From positions 1-63,761 of the forward strand of contig CAZCMV010000005.1 in assembly GCA_964500125.1 (NCBI GenBank): a stretch of DNA of 63,761 bases, in the 5' to 3' direction. The stretch's first letter is position 1. The number at the start of each line of letters is the position of its first letter. The stretch is from an uncultured Bdellovibrionales bacterium. Its GTDB lineage: Bacteria > Patescibacteriota > Minisyncoccia > Moranbacterales > GWC2-37-73. Position numbers and translations under genes: made by a program. The notes below the pieces were generated by a model. That model saw only the letters and a program-made list of their open reading frames with translations. It had not been told where the DNA came from and searched no databases. Shown here piece by piece: positions 63,656-63,761 of this stretch.

Positions 63656-63761
63656 ATCAATAAACAAACGAAATAGTGTCTTCCCTACGGTGCTACTTCT
63701 CTCATAAGTCCGCGACTTACATTATTACATGCCGGACAATTTTCAGTTTTTTCAATACAAG

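Overview
AT-rich, gene-dense bacterial window, mostly transcribed on the minus strand. It uses the standard genetic code: TGA is a stop, because prfB carries the classical CTT-TGA-C +1 frameshift. The gene content suggests a Patescibacteria/CPR-like genome (inference only): many GT-C/ArnT-like membrane glycosyltransferases, a membrane-anchored ClpB-like ATPase, a four-subunit 2-oxoacid:ferredoxin oxidoreductase, a minimal dcw cluster, a four-helix-bundle 'IVS' protein and many small orphan ORFs.

Layout:
- 0.4-14 kb: envelope glycosylation island. It holds four tandem GT-C paralogues (one fused to a metallophosphoesterase), a flippase-like protein, GT4, Ugd and GT2.
- 14-17.6 kb: secreted and cell-wall proteins, including a SpoIID-domain protein with a Lys/Tyr-rich N-terminus.
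- 17.6-25 kb: ClpB-like ATPase, membrane proteins and GT4.
- 25.1-25.6 kb: frameshifted 3D-domain gene.
- 26-31 kb: rmuC, decayed DNA, tRNA-Gln(CTG), a SAM-methyltransferase and a PLD + GHKL-ATPase pair.
- 31-36 kb: ftsEX, prfB, ZIP transporter, rubrerythrin and tRNA-Thr.
- 36-41.5 kb: porGDAB operon interrupted by two foreign-looking genes.
- 42-49 kb: mltG, pcm, yjbQ, trxBA, uppS, ispG and a polyprenyl synthase.
- 49-51 kb: orphan-gene islet around tRNA-Glu.
- 51-56.5 kb: mraZ-rsmH-ftsL-ftsI-murF.
- 57-63.7 kb: tsaC, an MGMT-family gene, murI, a gtrA-like gene, dnaX and tRNA-Gln(TTG).

No rRNA, CRISPR array, transposase, integrase or reverse transcriptase was seen.

Observations most worth follow-up:
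- The PLD + GHKL module in a tRNA-flanked islet.
- 17-nt duplications of tRNA 3' ends downstream of tRNA-Thr and tRNA-Gln(TTG), each enclosing a short structured segment.
- Families of conserved non-coding repeats that abut start codons.
- A promoter / Phe-rich mini-ORF / terminator leader.
- The GT-C-phosphoesterase fusion.
- The interrupted por operon.

All functional calls come from reading motifs by eye. No database search was run.
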